64,000 nt of DNA from Nitrospirota bacterium (GCA_963699545.1 CAVOUE010000005.1:64001-128000), one strand, 5' to 3'. Positions 9,126 through 20,706 are shown, numbered from the stretch's first letter. The notes: generated from the sequence alone by a model not told the origin. Translations and numbers: made by a program.

Positions 9126-10586
9126 ATGCCTGGAGAGAAGATTCCTGTAGGTCTGACGTTTGACGATGTGCTGCTCGTGCCCTCAAAATCCGATATCCTC
9201 CCCAGGGAGGTGGACATCAGAACCCGCCTGACAAAATCCATTACCGTGAATATCCCTCTCGTCAGCTCCGCCATGGACACGGTTACCGAGGCGGCCCTGG
9301 CTATTGCCATCGCGCGGGAAGGCGGTATGGGAATTGTCCACAGGGCCATGTCGCCCCAGAGGCAGGCGACCGAGGTGGACAAGGTCAAAAAGTCCGAGAG
9401 CGGTATGATCATCGACCCCATCACGATCATCCCTGACGCTCCCATATCCGAAGCGCTGAAACTCATGGAGAAATACAGGATATCAGGTGTTCCGGTCACT
9501 GTGCAGGGAAAGCTCATCGGCATCCTCACCAACCGGGACCTGAGGTTCGAGACGAAACTGACCAAGAAAGTCTCCGAGGTGATGACAAAAGAGCGGCTGA
9601 TAACCGCTGCTGTGGGTACCGGCATGGAAGAAGCAAAAGCGCTGTTACATAAATACAAGATAGAGAAGCTACCCATAGTGGACAGGAACTTCAATCTGAA
9701 AGGGCTTATCACCATCAAGGACATAGAGAAGCGAAGGAAATACCCCAATGCCTGCAAGGACAGTGTAGGAAGGCTCCGTGTGGGTGCGGCGGTTGGCGTT
9801 GGTGAGGAAGCCGTCTACCGGGCCGAGTTACTCGCGAAGGCGGGTGTTGATGTCATAGTCATCGACACCGCCCACGGCCACACAAAGACGGTCCTGGAGA
9901 CCATAAGGAATATCCGGAAGAAAGTTGACATGGATATCGTCGCAGGAAACGTTGGAACTGTTGAAGGGACCACAGATCTCGTTAAGGCGGGCGTTGACGC
10001 GATAAAAGTGGGGATCGGTCCGGGGTCGATATGCACCACAAGGATTGTGGCAGGCGCCGGCGTTCCGCAGATAACCGCGGTAATGAACTGTTATTCGGTG
10101 GCGAAAAGAAACAAGGTGCCGATCATTGCCGACGGTGGCGTGAAATACTCGGGTGACATCATAAAGGCCCTGGCGGCCGGAGCTCATTCCGTGATGATAG
10201 GAAGTCTTTTTGCGGGGACCGATGAGTCTCCCGGGGAGACGGTGCTCTACCAGGGGAGAAGTTATAAAGTATACAGGGGCATGGGTTCTCTGGGCGCCAT
10301 GGAACAGGGAGCCAGGGACCGCTACATGCAAGAAGGGGTCGAGGCAAAGAAGCTGGTCCCCGAAGGCGTGGAAGGCAGGGTTCCCCACAAGGGACCTCTT
10401 TCCCAGAGCGTCCATCAGCTCATCGGAGGCCTGCGTTCCGGCATGGGATATTGTGGCTGCAAGAATCTTGCGGAGCTGAGAAAGAAGGCAAAGTTCATCA
10501 GGATTACGACCGCGGGCCTCAGAGAGAGCCATGTGCACGATGTGATCATAACAAAAGAGGCTCCTAACTACAGGATAGAGCAGTAA
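9126..10586 (+). CDS. guaB: IMP dehydrogenase (with CBS pair)
   Basis: [34 protein letters not shown] before 9126. Confidence 0.97.
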   Translation: MPGEKIPVGLTFDDVLLVPSKSDILPREVDIRTRLTKSITVNIPLVSSAMDTVTEAALAIAIAREGGMGIVHRAMSPQRQATEVDKVKKSESGMIIDPITIIPDAPISEALKLMEKYRISGVPVTVQGKLIGILTNRDLRFETKLTKKVSEVMTKERLITAAVGTGMEEAKALLHKYKIEKLPIVDRNFNLKGLITIKDIEKRRKYPNACKDSVGRLRVGAAVGVGEEAVYRAELLAKAGVDVIVIDTAHGHTKTVLETIRNIRKKVDMDIVAGNVGTVEGTTDLVKAGVDAIKVGIGPGSICTTRIVAGAGVPQITAVMNCYSVAKRNKVPIIADGGVKYSGDIIKALAAGAHSVMIGSLFAGTDESPGETVLYQGRSYKVYRGMGSLGAMEQGARDRYMQEGVEAKKLVPEGVEGRVPHKGPLSQSVHQLIGGLRSGMGYCGCKNLAELRKKAKFIRITTAGLRESHVHDVIITKEAPNYRIEQ

Positions 10587-10720
10587 CAAATCGGGCAGGG
10601 AAATCCCGTGACGAGGTCATTACGTCATTGAGCAATTGAGGTATCATCTCCCGGTGCGTGAAGCATCTCGACTGAATCACGGCGCATGAGCAATGGCCTG
10701 ATAACGTGATAGCCAAAGAA

Positions 10721-12268
10721 ATGATGACGACCAATAATGACAGAATTCTCGTCCTCGATTTCGGATCCCAGTACACCCAGCTTATCGCCCGAAGAATAAG
10801 GGAAAGCAGGGTATATTCCGAGATATTCCCTTTTAACGCCCCAATGGAAAAGATCAGGTCTTTCGCCCCCCGGGGGATTGTCCTCTCGGGAGGACCTTCC
10901 AGTGTCTATGAGAGCGATGCCCCCATCCCTGACAGGGAGATTTTCGAGCTCGGCGTCCCGGTACTCGGCATCTGCTACGGGATGCAACTCATGGCCCACA
11001 TGCTGGGCGGGAAGGTGGCAAAGGCCCGGAAAAGGGAGTACGGGAAGTCGGAACTTACCGTGGACGACGATTCCGATCTCCTGGCGGGGATACCGGCGAA
11101 AAATGTGGTCTGGATGAGCCACGGGGACAGGATCGAGAAGACCCCCAGAGGGTTTCATGGTATTGCTCACACGGCGAATTCTCCCGTAGCCGCCATGTCC
11201 AACAGGGATCTCAGGTTTTATGCTCTTCAGTATCATCCTGAAGTGGTTCACACGATGAATGGCGCCAAAATACTCGGGAACTTCATTTCGAAGATATGCG
11301 GCTGCAGACCTACGTGGACGATGAAGTCCTTCATCGATACTGCGAAGAAGGAAATCCGGGAAAAGACGGCTGGCAAAAGAGTGCTGTGCGGAATTAGCGG
11401 TGGCGTAGACTCTGCAGTTACGGCGGTTCTTGTACACGAGGCCATAGGAGACGCCCTCACCTGCATCTTTGTGGATAATGGGCTGTTAAGGGCTGGCGAG
11501 TCAAAGAAGGTGGAAGATACCCTGCGCAGGTGCTTCCATATGAAGATACGCTGCGTGGATGCTTCGCCGAGATTCCTCTCAAGGCTCAGGGGAGTGACCG
11601 ACCCCGAAAGAAAGAGGAAGATCATCGGGAACGAATTCATCCGGGTCTTTGAAGAAGAGGCGATGAGGATCAGGAACGTCGGCTTCCTTGCACAGGGCAC
11701 CTTATATCCCGACGTGATCGAGAGCACTTCGTTCAAAGGGCCGTCGGCAACCATCAAGAGCCACCACAATGTGGGCGGCCTTCTCAAGAAAATGAAGCTG
11801 AAGCTTGTGGAACCGCTGAGGGAGCTCTTTAAGGATGAGGTGCGCCTACTGGGAAAAGAGCTCGGCATGCCCGGTGAGGTGATTCACCGGCAACCCTTCC
11901 CCGGTCCCGGGCTTGCCATACGCTGCATTGGAGATATAACGGAGGAAAGGCTGGTCACCCTGAGGAAGGCGGATACCATTGTCCTGGAAGAGATAAAGGC
12001 GGCTGGGTTATACAACAAGGTATGGCAGGCGTTTGCTGTGCTCCTGCCGGTAAAAAGCGTCGGCGTCATGGGCGACAGCAGGACCTATGACAATGTGATC
12101 GCGGTCAGAAGCGTTGAAAGCGTGGACGGCATGACGGCAGACTGGGCAAAGATTCCCTATGACGTCATGGGAAGGATATCGAGCAGGATCATCAACGAGG
12201 TGAAGGGAGTGAACAGGGTCGTATACGATATCACTTCCAAACCGCCCGGCACCATTGAATGGGAATGA
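10721..12268 (+). CDS. guaA: GMP synthase (glutamine-hydrolysing)
   Basis: [29 protein letters not shown]. Confidence 0.97.
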   Translation: MMTTNNDRILVLDFGSQYTQLIARRIRESRVYSEIFPFNAPMEKIRSFAPRGIVLSGGPSSVYESDAPIPDREIFELGVPVLGICYGMQLMAHMLGGKVAKARKREYGKSELTVDDDSDLLAGIPAKNVVWMSHGDRIEKTPRGFHGIAHTANSPVAAMSNRDLRFYALQYHPEVVHTMNGAKILGNFISKICGCRPTWTMKSFIDTAKKEIREKTAGKRVLCGISGGVDSAVTAVLVHEAIGDALTCIFVDNGLLRAGESKKVEDTLRRCFHMKIRCVDASPRFLSRLRGVTDPERKRKIIGNEFIRVFEEEAMRIRNVGFLAQGTLYPDVIESTSFKGPSATIKSHHNVGGLLKKMKLKLVEPLRELFKDEVRLLGKELGMPGEVIHRQPFPGPGLAIRCIGDITEERLVTLRKADTIVLEEIKAAGLYNKVWQAFAVLLPVKSVGVMGDSRTYDNVIAVRSVESVDGMTADWAKIPYDVMGRISSRIINEVKGVNRVVYDITSKPPGTIEWE

Positions 12269-12273
12269 TGCAA

Positions 12274-12346
12274 CTGATTGGCTGGTAGCCAGGATCGGAC
12301 CGTGTTTTCGGTATGATTAATGAACCATGAACTATCAACAGTGAGC
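12274..12346. repeat. Degenerate 7-nt-period repeat
   Basis: ATGAACC-ATGAACT-ATCAACA-GTGAGCG with a weak inverted counterpart upstream. Confidence 0.4.
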
Positions 12347-12361
12347 GGAGGTCCGGGACGC

Positions 12362-13252
12362 ATGGACATAACGACGTATCTCAAAGAGAAGAGAGCGCTT
12401 GTTGATGCATTCCTGAAAAAATACTTCGGCTCCCCTGTTCTCCCCGCGATCCTCAGCGATCCCATGACCTATTCCGTTTTTGCCGGAGGAAAAAGGATCA
12501 GACCTGTCCTTGCCCTTGCGTCCTGCGAGGCGTGTGGCGGGACTGCGGACGAGATCGTTCCCTTTGCCTCGGCCCTTGAGCTTATACACACCTACTCCCT
12601 TATCCACGATGATCTGCCGGCCATGGACAATGATGACCTCAGGCGGGGCAAGCCCACAAGCCACAAGGTCTTTGGCGAGGGGATGGCGATCCTCGCCGGT
12701 GACGCCCTTTTGACCGAAGCATTCTCTCTTCTTTCCAGTCACTCCCATTACGCCACGGGCATCAGGAGCAGTGCTGTGCTCAAGGTCATCCGTGAGGTCG
12801 CCATGGCAGCGGGCGCCCACGGGATGGTGGCAGGCCAGGCTGAAGATATACAGGCAGAAGGCGTGGGACAGGACAGCGAGAATCTTTCCTTCATCCATGC
12901 CCATAAAACAGGAGCTCTGATCACCGTGTCGGTGAGAATGGGGGCGATCCTCGCCAATGCGGGAAAGAAAAGGATCGCATCCCTGACGCGATACGGGGAA
13001 AGCATCGGCCTCGCCTTTCAGATCGTCGATGACATTCTGGACATAAGGGGAGACAGCGCAGCACTGGGCAAGCCTACGGGTTCTGATGAGAGGAAGAGGA
13101 AATTAACCTATCCGGGTCTCTACGGCATCGACCTCTCCATGAGAAAGGCCGAGGGTCTTGCACGGGATGCCGTCCATGCCCTTGCCGATTTCTCCCACGA
13201 AGCTGATCCCCTCAGGGAGATCGCCCGTTACATCCCGCGAAGGACAAGTTGA
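12362..13252 (+). CDS. ispA: Polyprenyl (geranyl/farnesyl) diphosphate synthase
   Basis: GGKRIRP, IHDDLPAMD, FQIVDDILD. Confidence 0.9.
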   Translation: MDITTYLKEKRALVDAFLKKYFGSPVLPAILSDPMTYSVFAGGKRIRPVLALASCEACGGTADEIVPFASALELIHTYSLIHDDLPAMDNDDLRRGKPTSHKVFGEGMAILAGDALLTEAFSLLSSHSHYATGIRSSAVLKVIREVAMAAGAHGMVAGQAEDIQAEGVGQDSENLSFIHAHKTGALITVSVRMGAILANAGKKRIASLTRYGESIGLAFQIVDDILDIRGDSAALGKPTGSDERKRKLTYPGLYGIDLSMRKAEGLARDAVHALADFSHEADPLREIARYIPRRTS

Positions 13253-13265
13253 GCGTACGGCGAAG

Positions 13266-15149
13266 ATGCTTATAGAAAATATTCAATCCCCTGACGATCT
13301 GAAGAGACTTTCCCGTGATCAACTCCCCCTCCTTGCCGAGGAGCTGAGGGGACTGATTATCGGACATGTCTCCTGCGGAGGCGGGCATCTGGCATCCAAC
13401 CTCGGAGTGGTGGAGCTGACCATCGCCCTCCACTATGTCTTTCATACGCCCGCAGACAAGATCATCTGGGATGTGGGTCATCAATCCTATCCTCACAAAC
13501 TCATCACCGGAAGATACCGGGTGTTCTCGACCCTGAGGAAGTTCGGAGGTCTTTCCGGTTTTCCGAGGATCGCAGAAAGCCCCTTCGATGCCTTCGGCAC
13601 AGGACACAGTTCCACGTCCATTTCGGCTGCCGTGGGAATGATCGAGGCGCGGGACAAGCGGGGAGAGCGCTTTAAGGTGATCCCTGTGATCGGCGACGGT
13701 GCGATGACCTCGGGCCTCGCCTTTGAAGGGCTGAACCACGCGGGACAGCTGAAGAAGGACATTATCGTCATCCTCAATGACAATGAGATGTCCATTTCGA
13801 GGAACGTGGGGGCCCTTTCGGCCTATCTCAACAGGATACTCAGTGCAGAGGCTTATCAGCGCTTCAAGAAGGAGACGAAGTTCCTGATCGAGCAGATACC
13901 GAAGGTTGGCGGGCAGGTATCGAAGATGGCCCAGCGCGCTGAAGAGTCCCTCAAGGGGCTTCTCCCCGGCATGTTGTTCAGGGAGTTGGGGTTCAACTAT
14001 ATCGGCCCCGTAGACGGCCATAACATGGAATTGCTCATCGAGACCTTTTCCAAGGTCAGGACCGCTGATGAACCCACTCTGGTCCATGTGATAACAAAGA
14101 AGGGGCGAGGGTACCCCTTTTCGGAAAAGGATCCCTGCGTTTTCCACGGCATCGGCCCCTTTGATATGGATACCGGCGAAGTGACCTCCGATACCACGGT
14201 GCCCGCATACAGCACCGTGTTCGGAGAAGCGATAACCGAGTTGGCAAGGAAAGATATCAGGCTCGTTGCCATATCCGCGGCGATGCGTGAAGGGACCGGG
14301 CTTGATGTCTTCGCGGAGACGTTTCCCGAGAGGTTTTATGACGTGGGTATCGCAGAGCCCCATGCGGTCACCTTTGCTGCCGGCCTCGCCGCTCAGGGAC
14401 TCCGACCGGTGGTCGCAATTTATTCGACGTTTCTCCAGCGGGCCTATGACGAGATTGTTCATGACGTCTGTTTGCAGAACCTCCCGGTGATCTTTGCCAT
14501 TGACCGTGCCGGCATCGTGGGAGAGGACGGTGCGACACACCAGGGCCTCTTTGATATCTCCTACCTGAGGCATATCCCCAATCTCCTGATCATGTCCCCG
14601 AAGGACGGATCAGAGCTTAAGAAGATGCTGCGACTTGCGCTTCAGCATGATGGCCCCTCGGCCATACGGTATCCACGGGGGAAGGCAAGAGAGATCGCCG
14701 GGTACCCGCTCGAAGATACGGAAGTGAGGATTGGCAAGGCAGAGATGCTCACGGACGGCAATGATATCGCACTTATAGCTATCGGCAATACCGTCCGTCC
14801 TGCCCTGAAGGCGGCTCAGATGCTGGAGCGCGACGCTATCGGCGCCTGTGTCATCAATGCCCGCTTTGTTAAGCCCCTTGACGAATCGCTTGTCCTCTCC
14901 GTGTCCGGAAGAATAAAAAAGGTTGTTACCGTTGAGGAGAATGTTCTCGCCGGCGGTTTCGGCTCCGCGGTCCTGGAATGTCTCGCCGGGGCTGGAATGA
15001 CCGGCGTATCAGTGAAAAGGATCGGGATCGGTAACGAGTTCGTGGAACACGGATCCCAGGCTATCCTGCGGAAGGAATACGGCCTGGACGAAGAAGGGAT
15101 TTATCGGATATGCAAGGCGCACTTCGCAGCCCTGCCCTTTCCTTACTGA
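13266..15149 (+). CDS. dxs: 1-deoxy-D-xylulose-5-phosphate synthase
   Basis: GGHLASNLG, WDVGHQ, GDGA TPP motif, DRAG. Confidence 0.96.
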   Translation: MLIENIQSPDDLKRLSRDQLPLLAEELRGLIIGHVSCGGGHLASNLGVVELTIALHYVFHTPADKIIWDVGHQSYPHKLITGRYRVFSTLRKFGGLSGFPRIAESPFDAFGTGHSSTSISAAVGMIEARDKRGERFKVIPVIGDGAMTSGLAFEGLNHAGQLKKDIIVILNDNEMSISRNVGALSAYLNRILSAEAYQRFKKETKFLIEQIPKVGGQVSKMAQRAEESLKGLLPGMLFRELGFNYIGPVDGHNMELLIETFSKVRTADEPTLVHVITKKGRGYPFSEKDPCVFHGIGPFDMDTGEVTSDTTVPAYSTVFGEAITELARKDIRLVAISAAMREGTGLDVFAETFPERFYDVGIAEPHAVTFAAGLAAQGLRPVVAIYSTFLQRAYDEIVHDVCLQNLPVIFAIDRAGIVGEDGATHQGLFDISYLRHIPNLLIMSPKDGSELKKMLRLALQHDGPSAIRYPRGKAREIAGYPLEDTEVRIGKAEMLTDGNDIALIAIGNTVRPALKAAQMLERDAIGACVINARFVKPLDESLVLSVSGRIKKVVTVEENVLAGGFGSAVLECLAGAGMTGVSVKRIGIGNEFVEHGSQAILRKEYGLDEEGIYRICKAHFAALPFPY

Positions 15150-15150
15150 T

Positions 15151-15924
15151 CTATTTGACTTTGAACTTCGGCGTTCTTTTCTCGAGGAAAGCGGTTATGC
15201 CTTCCCGGTGATCCTGCGTAGCGAAACAATCCGAGAACGACACGATCTCGCGCTCAAGCCCCCTCGCTAAATCCACATTCTCATTGATCAGCTTCTTGAA
15301 AGTTGCAATAGCCAAGGGGCTTTTTTCTGCAATGAGGCGTGCCATTTCCTCAGTATGCTTGATCAGTTCGTTGTCTTTCACGACACTGTTCACAAGGCCG
15401 ATCGCTTTGGCCTCGTCCGCATCGATGAACCGTCCGGTGAGGATCAATTCTTTTGCCTTTGCGGCACCCACAAGCCTCGGCAGGCGCTGAGTGCCTCCGA
15501 ACCCCGGGATGAGCCCGAGGTTCAGTTCGGGGTGACCGAAGCGGGCATTCCGGGACGCTATCCGCATATCACATGCAAGGGCGAGTTCGCAGCCTCCACC
15601 TAGGGCGAAGCCCTTCACTGCTGCGATCACCACCTTTTCCATGGTTTCGATGATCGTGCAGACGTGATGGCCAAGCCTCGCAAAAATATCCGCTTCCTCC
15701 GGGGTCTTATCCTTCATCTCTCTAATATCAGCCCCCACGCTGAAATTCTTTTCGCCTGTTATGATCAGCACTCTTGTCCGGTCATCCTTTTCAAGGTCGA
15801 GGAGGCACTGGCTGAGGTCATGAAGCGTTCCCGTGTCAAGGATGTTCATGCCGTCAGGCCTGCTCAACGTCAGGATGCTTATCCCGTCCTTCTTTTCCGT
15901 CCTTATCAGTTCACCGGTATTCAT
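15151..15924 (-). CDS. crt: Enoyl-CoA hydratase (crotonase)
   Basis: GADI, ALGGGCELALACD, PELNLGLIPGFGGTQRL. Confidence 0.88.
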   Translation of the reverse strand: MNTGELIRTEKKDGISILTLSRPDGMNILDTGTLHDLSQCLLDLEKDDRTRVLIITGEKNFSVGADIREMKDKTPEEADIFARLGHHVCTIIETMEKVVIAAVKGFALGGGCELALACDMRIASRNARFGHPELNLGLIPGFGGTQRLPRLVGAAKAKELILTGRFIDADEAKAIGLVNSVVKDNELIKHTEEMARLIAEKSPLAIATFKKLINENVDLARGLEREIVSFSDCFATQDHREGITAFLEKRTPKFKVK

Positions 15925-16771
15925 AGAACCCCTCCCCGCTCTTTCTTCCGAGCTTTCCTGCTGAGACCATTGTCACCAGCAAAGGACACGGTCTGTATTT
16001 ATCTCCCAGCTCCGCGTGAAGTATTTCCAGTATCTCAAGGCATATATCCAGGCCCATGAGATCGGCCAGCTCAAAGGGTCCCATTGGATGGCGTGCTCCC
16101 AGCTTCATAATGGTATCAATGCCGTCCCTCGAAGCCACTCCTTCACGGAGACAGTACATGGCATCATTGATCATAGTCATGAGAACGCGGCTTATGATGA
16201 AGCCCGGAGAGTCATTGACCACTACCGGTGTTTTCCCCATTTTTTCGGACACCGCACGTATCGTATGGACCGTGTCATCGGAAGTGAGCGGGCCCTTAAC
16301 GATCTCCACAAGCTTCATGATATACGGAGGGTTCATGAAATGCATGCCCGCAAAACGCCCGGGTCTCCGGGCAGCGTGAGCAACTTTTGCGATGGGAATA
16401 GCAGAGGTGTTGGAGGTGAAGACCGTCTCTCCGCGGCAGAGCGTCTCCAGCTCCTTGAATATCTCTTTTTTTGTCTCTTCCTTTTCTGCTGCAGCCTCGA
16501 TGACGAAATCAGCTTCGCGGCATTCCCGGAGGCTTGAAACAGGCCTTATACGGGAAAGGACATTCTCCTTTTCCGTGTCATCCATTTTCGCTTCGGCCAC
16601 CCTTTGTACGAGCCGCTCTCTTATTCTGTCGAAGCCCCTTCTCACATATTCATCCGTCACGTCTTCAAGAAGAACCTCAAAACCCGCCTGGGCAGCTGCC
16701 TGCGCTATGCCTCCTCCCATGGTTCCCGCTCCGATAACCGCTATTCTTTTGATGTCCGCGCTCATCATCAA
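15911..16771 (-). CDS. hbd: 3-hydroxybutyryl-CoA dehydrogenase
   Basis: GAGTMGGGIA, SNTS, GMHFMNP, HPMGP, GKLGRKSGEGFY. Confidence 0.9.
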   Translation of the reverse strand: MMMSADIKRIAVIGAGTMGGGIAQAAAQAGFEVLLEDVTDEYVRRGFDRIRERLVQRVAEAKMDDTEKENVLSRIRPVSSLRECREADFVIEAAAEKEETKKEIFKELETLCRGETVFTSNTSAIPIAKVAHAARRPGRFAGMHFMNPPYIMKLVEIVKGPLTSDDTVHTIRAVSEKMGKTPVVVNDSPGFIISRVLMTMINDAMYCLREGVASRDGIDTIMKLGARHPMGPFELADLMGLDICLEILEILHAELGDKYRPCPLLVTMVSAGKLGRKSGEGFYEYR

Positions 16772-17937
16772 GCCTCTTTCAATGCCCGATGCGCGATCAG
16801 CAGCCTCAACATATCTGAAGTCCCCTCGCCGATGGTAAGTCCCCTGGCATCCCTCCAGTGGCGGTGGACATCGTAGGCGTCAATATATCCGTACCCGCCG
16901 TGCATCTGTATGGCATTGTCGCATACCCTCAGGGCCATTTCCGAGGAATAAAGCTTGGCCTGGCATGCTTCGGACACCATGTCCTTCCCCCGGTCCTTCA
17001 GGAATGCCGCATGGGCCACAAGAAGACGGGCAGCATTGATCTCGGTCACCATGTTGGCCAGTTTCTCCTGGACAAGCTGGAACTCAGCTATGCTTTGGCC
17101 GAAGGCCTTTCTCCCCTTGCTGTAAGAAAGAGATCTCTCATAGGCTGCCTGCGCTATGCCGACCGCTATCGCTCCGATGGTCACCCGCCCCGCATTAAGG
17201 ATCTCTTTTGCATATTCAAGCCCCTCCCCTTCTTCTCCCAGGAGGTCTTCCTCGGGAATTTCACACTTCTCAAAATGTATGGCGGACAACCTGTTGCCCT
17301 TCAATCCAAGTTTAGGTATGTCTTTCATGACCTTCATCCCTGACGACCCGCCGGGAACAATAAACAGGGAAATGCCCTTAACGGTTCTTGCAAAAACAAG
17401 GATGAAGTCCGCTTCTCCGGGGTTCGTTATTAACGACTTACTGCCCGTCAGGATGTACCTATCCCCCGAGAGTTCCGCCTTTGTCTGGATGGCCTTTGCA
17501 TCAGAGCCACAGCACGGCTCTGTGAGGGCAAAGGCAGCGAGCCTTCCTCCCCCCACGAGGCCATACTCCTTAAGATACGTGTTCCTCTGGCGGTCATCCC
17601 CGAAGAGGCGAATCCCTTCGCAGACCATTCCCTGAACAGATACCTGAAGTGCAGTATTTGCGCATGCCTTTGCCAGGGTCTCGATGGCTGCAGTATAGAC
17701 GGGGACAGGAAAGCCAAGCCCGTTCATGCTCCGGGGAAAGGGCATGGCCATGATTCCATGGCTCCGCAACTTGACCAAATTCTCCCTTGGAAACATCCCT
17801 TCCTGATCCACTGTTTTTGCATGGGGCAGAATTTCTTTTTCGACGAAGTCCCCAAACGACCCGAGAACCCGATGATATTGTTCTGCCTCGGGAATAATCA
17901 TATCCAGGACATCCCTTTGCTCTTTAATGTATCCCAT
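16768..17937 (-). CDS. Acyl-CoA dehydrogenase (butyryl-CoA DH-like)
   Basis: ALTEP..GSD, QMHGGYG, IGEGT. Confidence 0.9.
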   Translation of the reverse strand: MGYIKEQRDVLDMIIPEAEQYHRVLGSFGDFVEKEILPHAKTVDQEGMFPRENLVKLRSHGIMAMPFPRSMNGLGFPVPVYTAAIETLAKACANTALQVSVQGMVCEGIRLFGDDRQRNTYLKEYGLVGGGRLAAFALTEPCCGSDAKAIQTKAELSGDRYILTGSKSLITNPGEADFILVFARTVKGISLFIVPGGSSGMKVMKDIPKLGLKGNRLSAIHFEKCEIPEEDLLGEEGEGLEYAKEILNAGRVTIGAIAVGIAQAAYERSLSYSKGRKAFGQSIAEFQLVQEKLANMVTEINAARLLVAHAAFLKDRGKDMVSEACQAKLYSSEMALRVCDNAIQMHGGYGYIDAYDVHRHWRDARGLTIGEGTSDMLRLLIAHRALKEA

Positions 17938-17990
17938 AGATTCTTTTCTCCACTGATTGTTTGTGCAGCGTGACGGGGAAAATCAGCACG

Positions 17991-19169
17991 TCATACCGTT
18001 TCAACGATCATTGCCACCGCGTTTCCTCCGCCGAGGCAGAGGGTCGCAAGTCCCCTCTTGAGCCCCCTTCCCTTCAAGGCGTAAAGGAGTGTGACAAGGA
18101 TACGTGCGCCGCTGCATCCAACGGGATGTCCCATGGCAACAGCGCCGCCATGCACATTGAATTTTGCAGGGTCGATCTTCAGTTCCCTTGCCACGGCAAT
18201 GGAAGCGGTGGAATATGCTTCGTTATGTTCTACAAGGTCCATGTCCTCAATGGAGAAGCCTGTCTTTTTCAGCAGTCCCCTCACCACAGGAACGGGTGCT
18301 TCCATCACATCCTCCGGTCTTGTTCCTCCCACGGCGTACCCTATTATCCTGGCAAGAGGCCTCGTTCCAAGCTCTGCGACTTTCTTCTCCGAAGCTACGA
18401 CTAGGGCAGCGGCACCGTCGCTGAGCTTCGAGCTGTTTCCTGCGGTGAGGATACCGTTTTTTTTGAAAACGGCAGGAAGTGTCGAGAGTTTTTCCAGGGA
18501 AGTATCCTCGCGGACACATTCGTCCCTCTCAACTGCCATACCCCGGACTTCAACGGGGAGTATTTCTTCACTGAAGCCGCCGCTCCCGATAGCCTTCAGG
18601 GCCTTTTGGTGGCTCATGAAAGCGAACTGGTCGGCTTCTTCCCTTGTGACTCCGTATTTTTCCGCGATCCTCTCTCCGGTGATGGCCATATGATAGTCGT
18701 TATAGACATCCCACAGGCCGTCATGGATCATAGCATCGGTGACAGAGGCATCCCCGAATTTTACACCCCCCCATCGCAGATTCCTGATGAGATGGGGGGA
18801 GGCGCTCATATTTTCCATACCCCCGGCTGCAATGATATCAGCGTCCCCTGCCTTTATGACCTGGGCGGCCAGCATCACCGCTTTCAGACCGGAGCCGCAG
18901 ACTTTATTTACGGTGAAGGAACCGATCTCCACGGGAAGACCGGCATAGATGGCGGCCTGCCGCGCAGGGTTCTGGCCGAGACCGGCAGAGATCACGTTGC
19001 CCATAATGACCTCCTCCACTTCGTGCTTCCCCGCCCCTGCCCTTTTGAGGGCTTCCTCGATCACCATGGCCCCCAGCCTCTGGGCAGGAATGTCCTTGAA
19101 CGCCCTGCCGAATCTGCCTACGGCTGTCCTTACGCCACTTACAAGGAAGACGTCCCCATTCACCCGCAC
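17991..19169 (-). CDS. Acetyl-CoA C-acetyltransferase (thiolase)
   Basis: NKVCGSG, NEA, GHPVG, LCLGGG. Confidence 0.93.
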   Translation of the reverse strand: MRVNGDVFLVSGVRTAVGRFGRAFKDIPAQRLGAMVIEEALKRAGAGKHEVEEVIMGNVISAGLGQNPARQAAIYAGLPVEIGSFTVNKVCGSGLKAVMLAAQVIKAGDADIIAAGGMENMSASPHLIRNLRWGGVKFGDASVTDAMIHDGLWDVYNDYHMAITGERIAEKYGVTREEADQFAFMSHQKALKAIGSGGFSEEILPVEVRGMAVERDECVREDTSLEKLSTLPAVFKKNGILTAGNSSKLSDGAAALVVASEKKVAELGTRPLARIIGYAVGGTRPEDVMEAPVPVVRGLLKKTGFSIEDMDLVEHNEAYSTASIAVARELKIDPAKFNVHGGAVAMGHPVGCSGARILVTLLYALKGRGLKRGLATLCLGGGNAVAMIVETV

Positions 19170-19277
19170 TCTCCTCTGTCCTATGCAGTTTTTTCTATCC
19201 CTGATATAATCTTCATTATAGAGGAAAAATCTGCTGTGTAAACATTAAAAACACCCGGTGCATGCTGAAGGAGGGCA

Positions 19278-20474
19278 ATGGACTTCTCTTTTACTGAAGA
19301 TCAGGAACGTTTCAGGAATTCTGTGAGGGAGTTCTGCGAGAGGATCATCGCTCCAAGAGCCGGGGAAATCGATGAAAAGGGAGAGATCCCTCCTGATGTG
19401 ATCAAAGGGATGGCTGACTTCGGGCTCTTCGGTCTGACGGTTTCGGAGGAATATGGTGGGTCCAGGGCAGGATTCATCAAGGCCGGTGTGGCAGCGGAAG
19501 AAATAGCGAGGGCAGATGTGAGCATGGCCACGGCTGTGTACTATCTGGTGGAAACGGGGTGGGGATTTCTGATGGACAGATATGCTGAAAAGAGGACCAA
19601 AGAGGAGGTCCTGCCCGGCGTGGTAAGCGGAAGGGCGTTTCTCGGCATTGCCTCCACAGAAGCGGGGGGAGGTTCTGACATCGCTTCTCTCTCCACTACC
19701 ATGGTGATTAAGGGTGATAAGCTTGTGCTGAACGGTACAAAAGCCTATATAAGCGGCGTGCGGGAAGCTGCTCACTACGGAGGCGGGTACGTGACCGTCG
19801 TGAAGACAGACCCCTCGCTTGAGCACAAGGGCCTCTCTCTGTGTTACCTTCCCGTAAAGGACCAGGCAGGAGTGAGCATAAGCACCAGCAGACAGATGGG
19901 AAGGGAGGGGATCTCCAATGGTTTCATACGGATGCACAACGTGGAGCTACCCGCCCACTATCTTATCGGTGAGTGGAACCGGGGGTTTTACTACGCCAGG
20001 GAGGGATTTAACTGCGCAAGGACGCTGGTGGCTGCAGCCTGTCTCGGCGCTGCAGGGAAAGCCCTTGAGCTGGGAATAGAATACATAAAGCAAAGAAAGG
20101 TCTTTCATTCGCCTCTTGCGAATTTCCAGGGAATTCAGTTCTCTCTGGCAGAGGATCATACGCGACTTGAATCCGCCCGCCTCCTCGTTTACCGGGCTGC
20201 GTGGATGCTTCAGCAAATGTACTCCGGAGAGAACATGAGCCGGCAGGAATTAAACAAGGCTGTGGCCGCCGCAAAACTTATTGCACCGGCAGTGGCCTTT
20301 GATATCATCAAGGACGTAATGATGTGGCACGGGGCGTATGGGTACACCAGAGAGGCAGGACTGGAGCGCGGCCTGCGCGGAGTGACCTCCTATCTGGTGG
20401 GCGCCGAAGGGGCTCCGAACATTATGAAGCTGATCATCAGCAGGGAGCTGCTGGGGAAAGAATTCGGGCCTTAG
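19278..20474 (+). CDS. Acyl-CoA dehydrogenase, divergent type
   Basis: TE.GGGSD, WHGAYGY, GAEGA; AAGGAGGG RBS. Confidence 0.88.
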   Translation: MDFSFTEDQERFRNSVREFCERIIAPRAGEIDEKGEIPPDVIKGMADFGLFGLTVSEEYGGSRAGFIKAGVAAEEIARADVSMATAVYYLVETGWGFLMDRYAEKRTKEEVLPGVVSGRAFLGIASTEAGGGSDIASLSTTMVIKGDKLVLNGTKAYISGVREAAHYGGGYVTVVKTDPSLEHKGLSLCYLPVKDQAGVSISTSRQMGREGISNGFIRMHNVELPAHYLIGEWNRGFYYAREGFNCARTLVAAACLGAAGKALELGIEYIKQRKVFHSPLANFQGIQFSLAEDHTRLESARLLVYRAAWMLQQMYSGENMSRQELNKAVAAAKLIAPAVAFDIIKDVMMWHGAYGYTREAGLERGLRGVTSYLVGAEGAPNIMKLIISRELLGKEFGP

Positions 20475-20507
20475 TTAGGCCCTTGCTTCTTGGAAGGAGG
20501 ACGAATT

Positions 20508-20690
20508 ATGAAACCGTTTACAACGATCGCTGTTGTTGTCTTATCGCTGATTTCATTCCTTCATCTCCTCAGGCTTTTCTTCGGCTGGGAGGTGACCGTG
20601 GGCGGCCTGGTCATTCCGATGTGGGTAAGCCTGCTCGGCTTTGTAATCGCCGCAGGCCTTGCGCTTATGATCTGGCGGGAAACGCGGTAG
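20508..20690 (+). CDS. Small two-TM membrane protein
   Basis: 60 aa, two hydrophobic helices, AGGAGG RBS. Confidence 0.7.
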   Translation: MKPFTTIAVVVLSLISFLHLLRLFFGWEVTVGGLVIPMWVSLLGFVIAAGLALMIWRETR

Positions 20691-20706
20691 TAAGGAGGAG
20701 AAGATT

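Noticed and set aside
13212-14573. 453-aa minus-strand ORF (and similar shadows over purM, guaB, guaA, dnaK, ATPase)
   Set aside because: Entirely antisense to well-supported genes, with no domain signal
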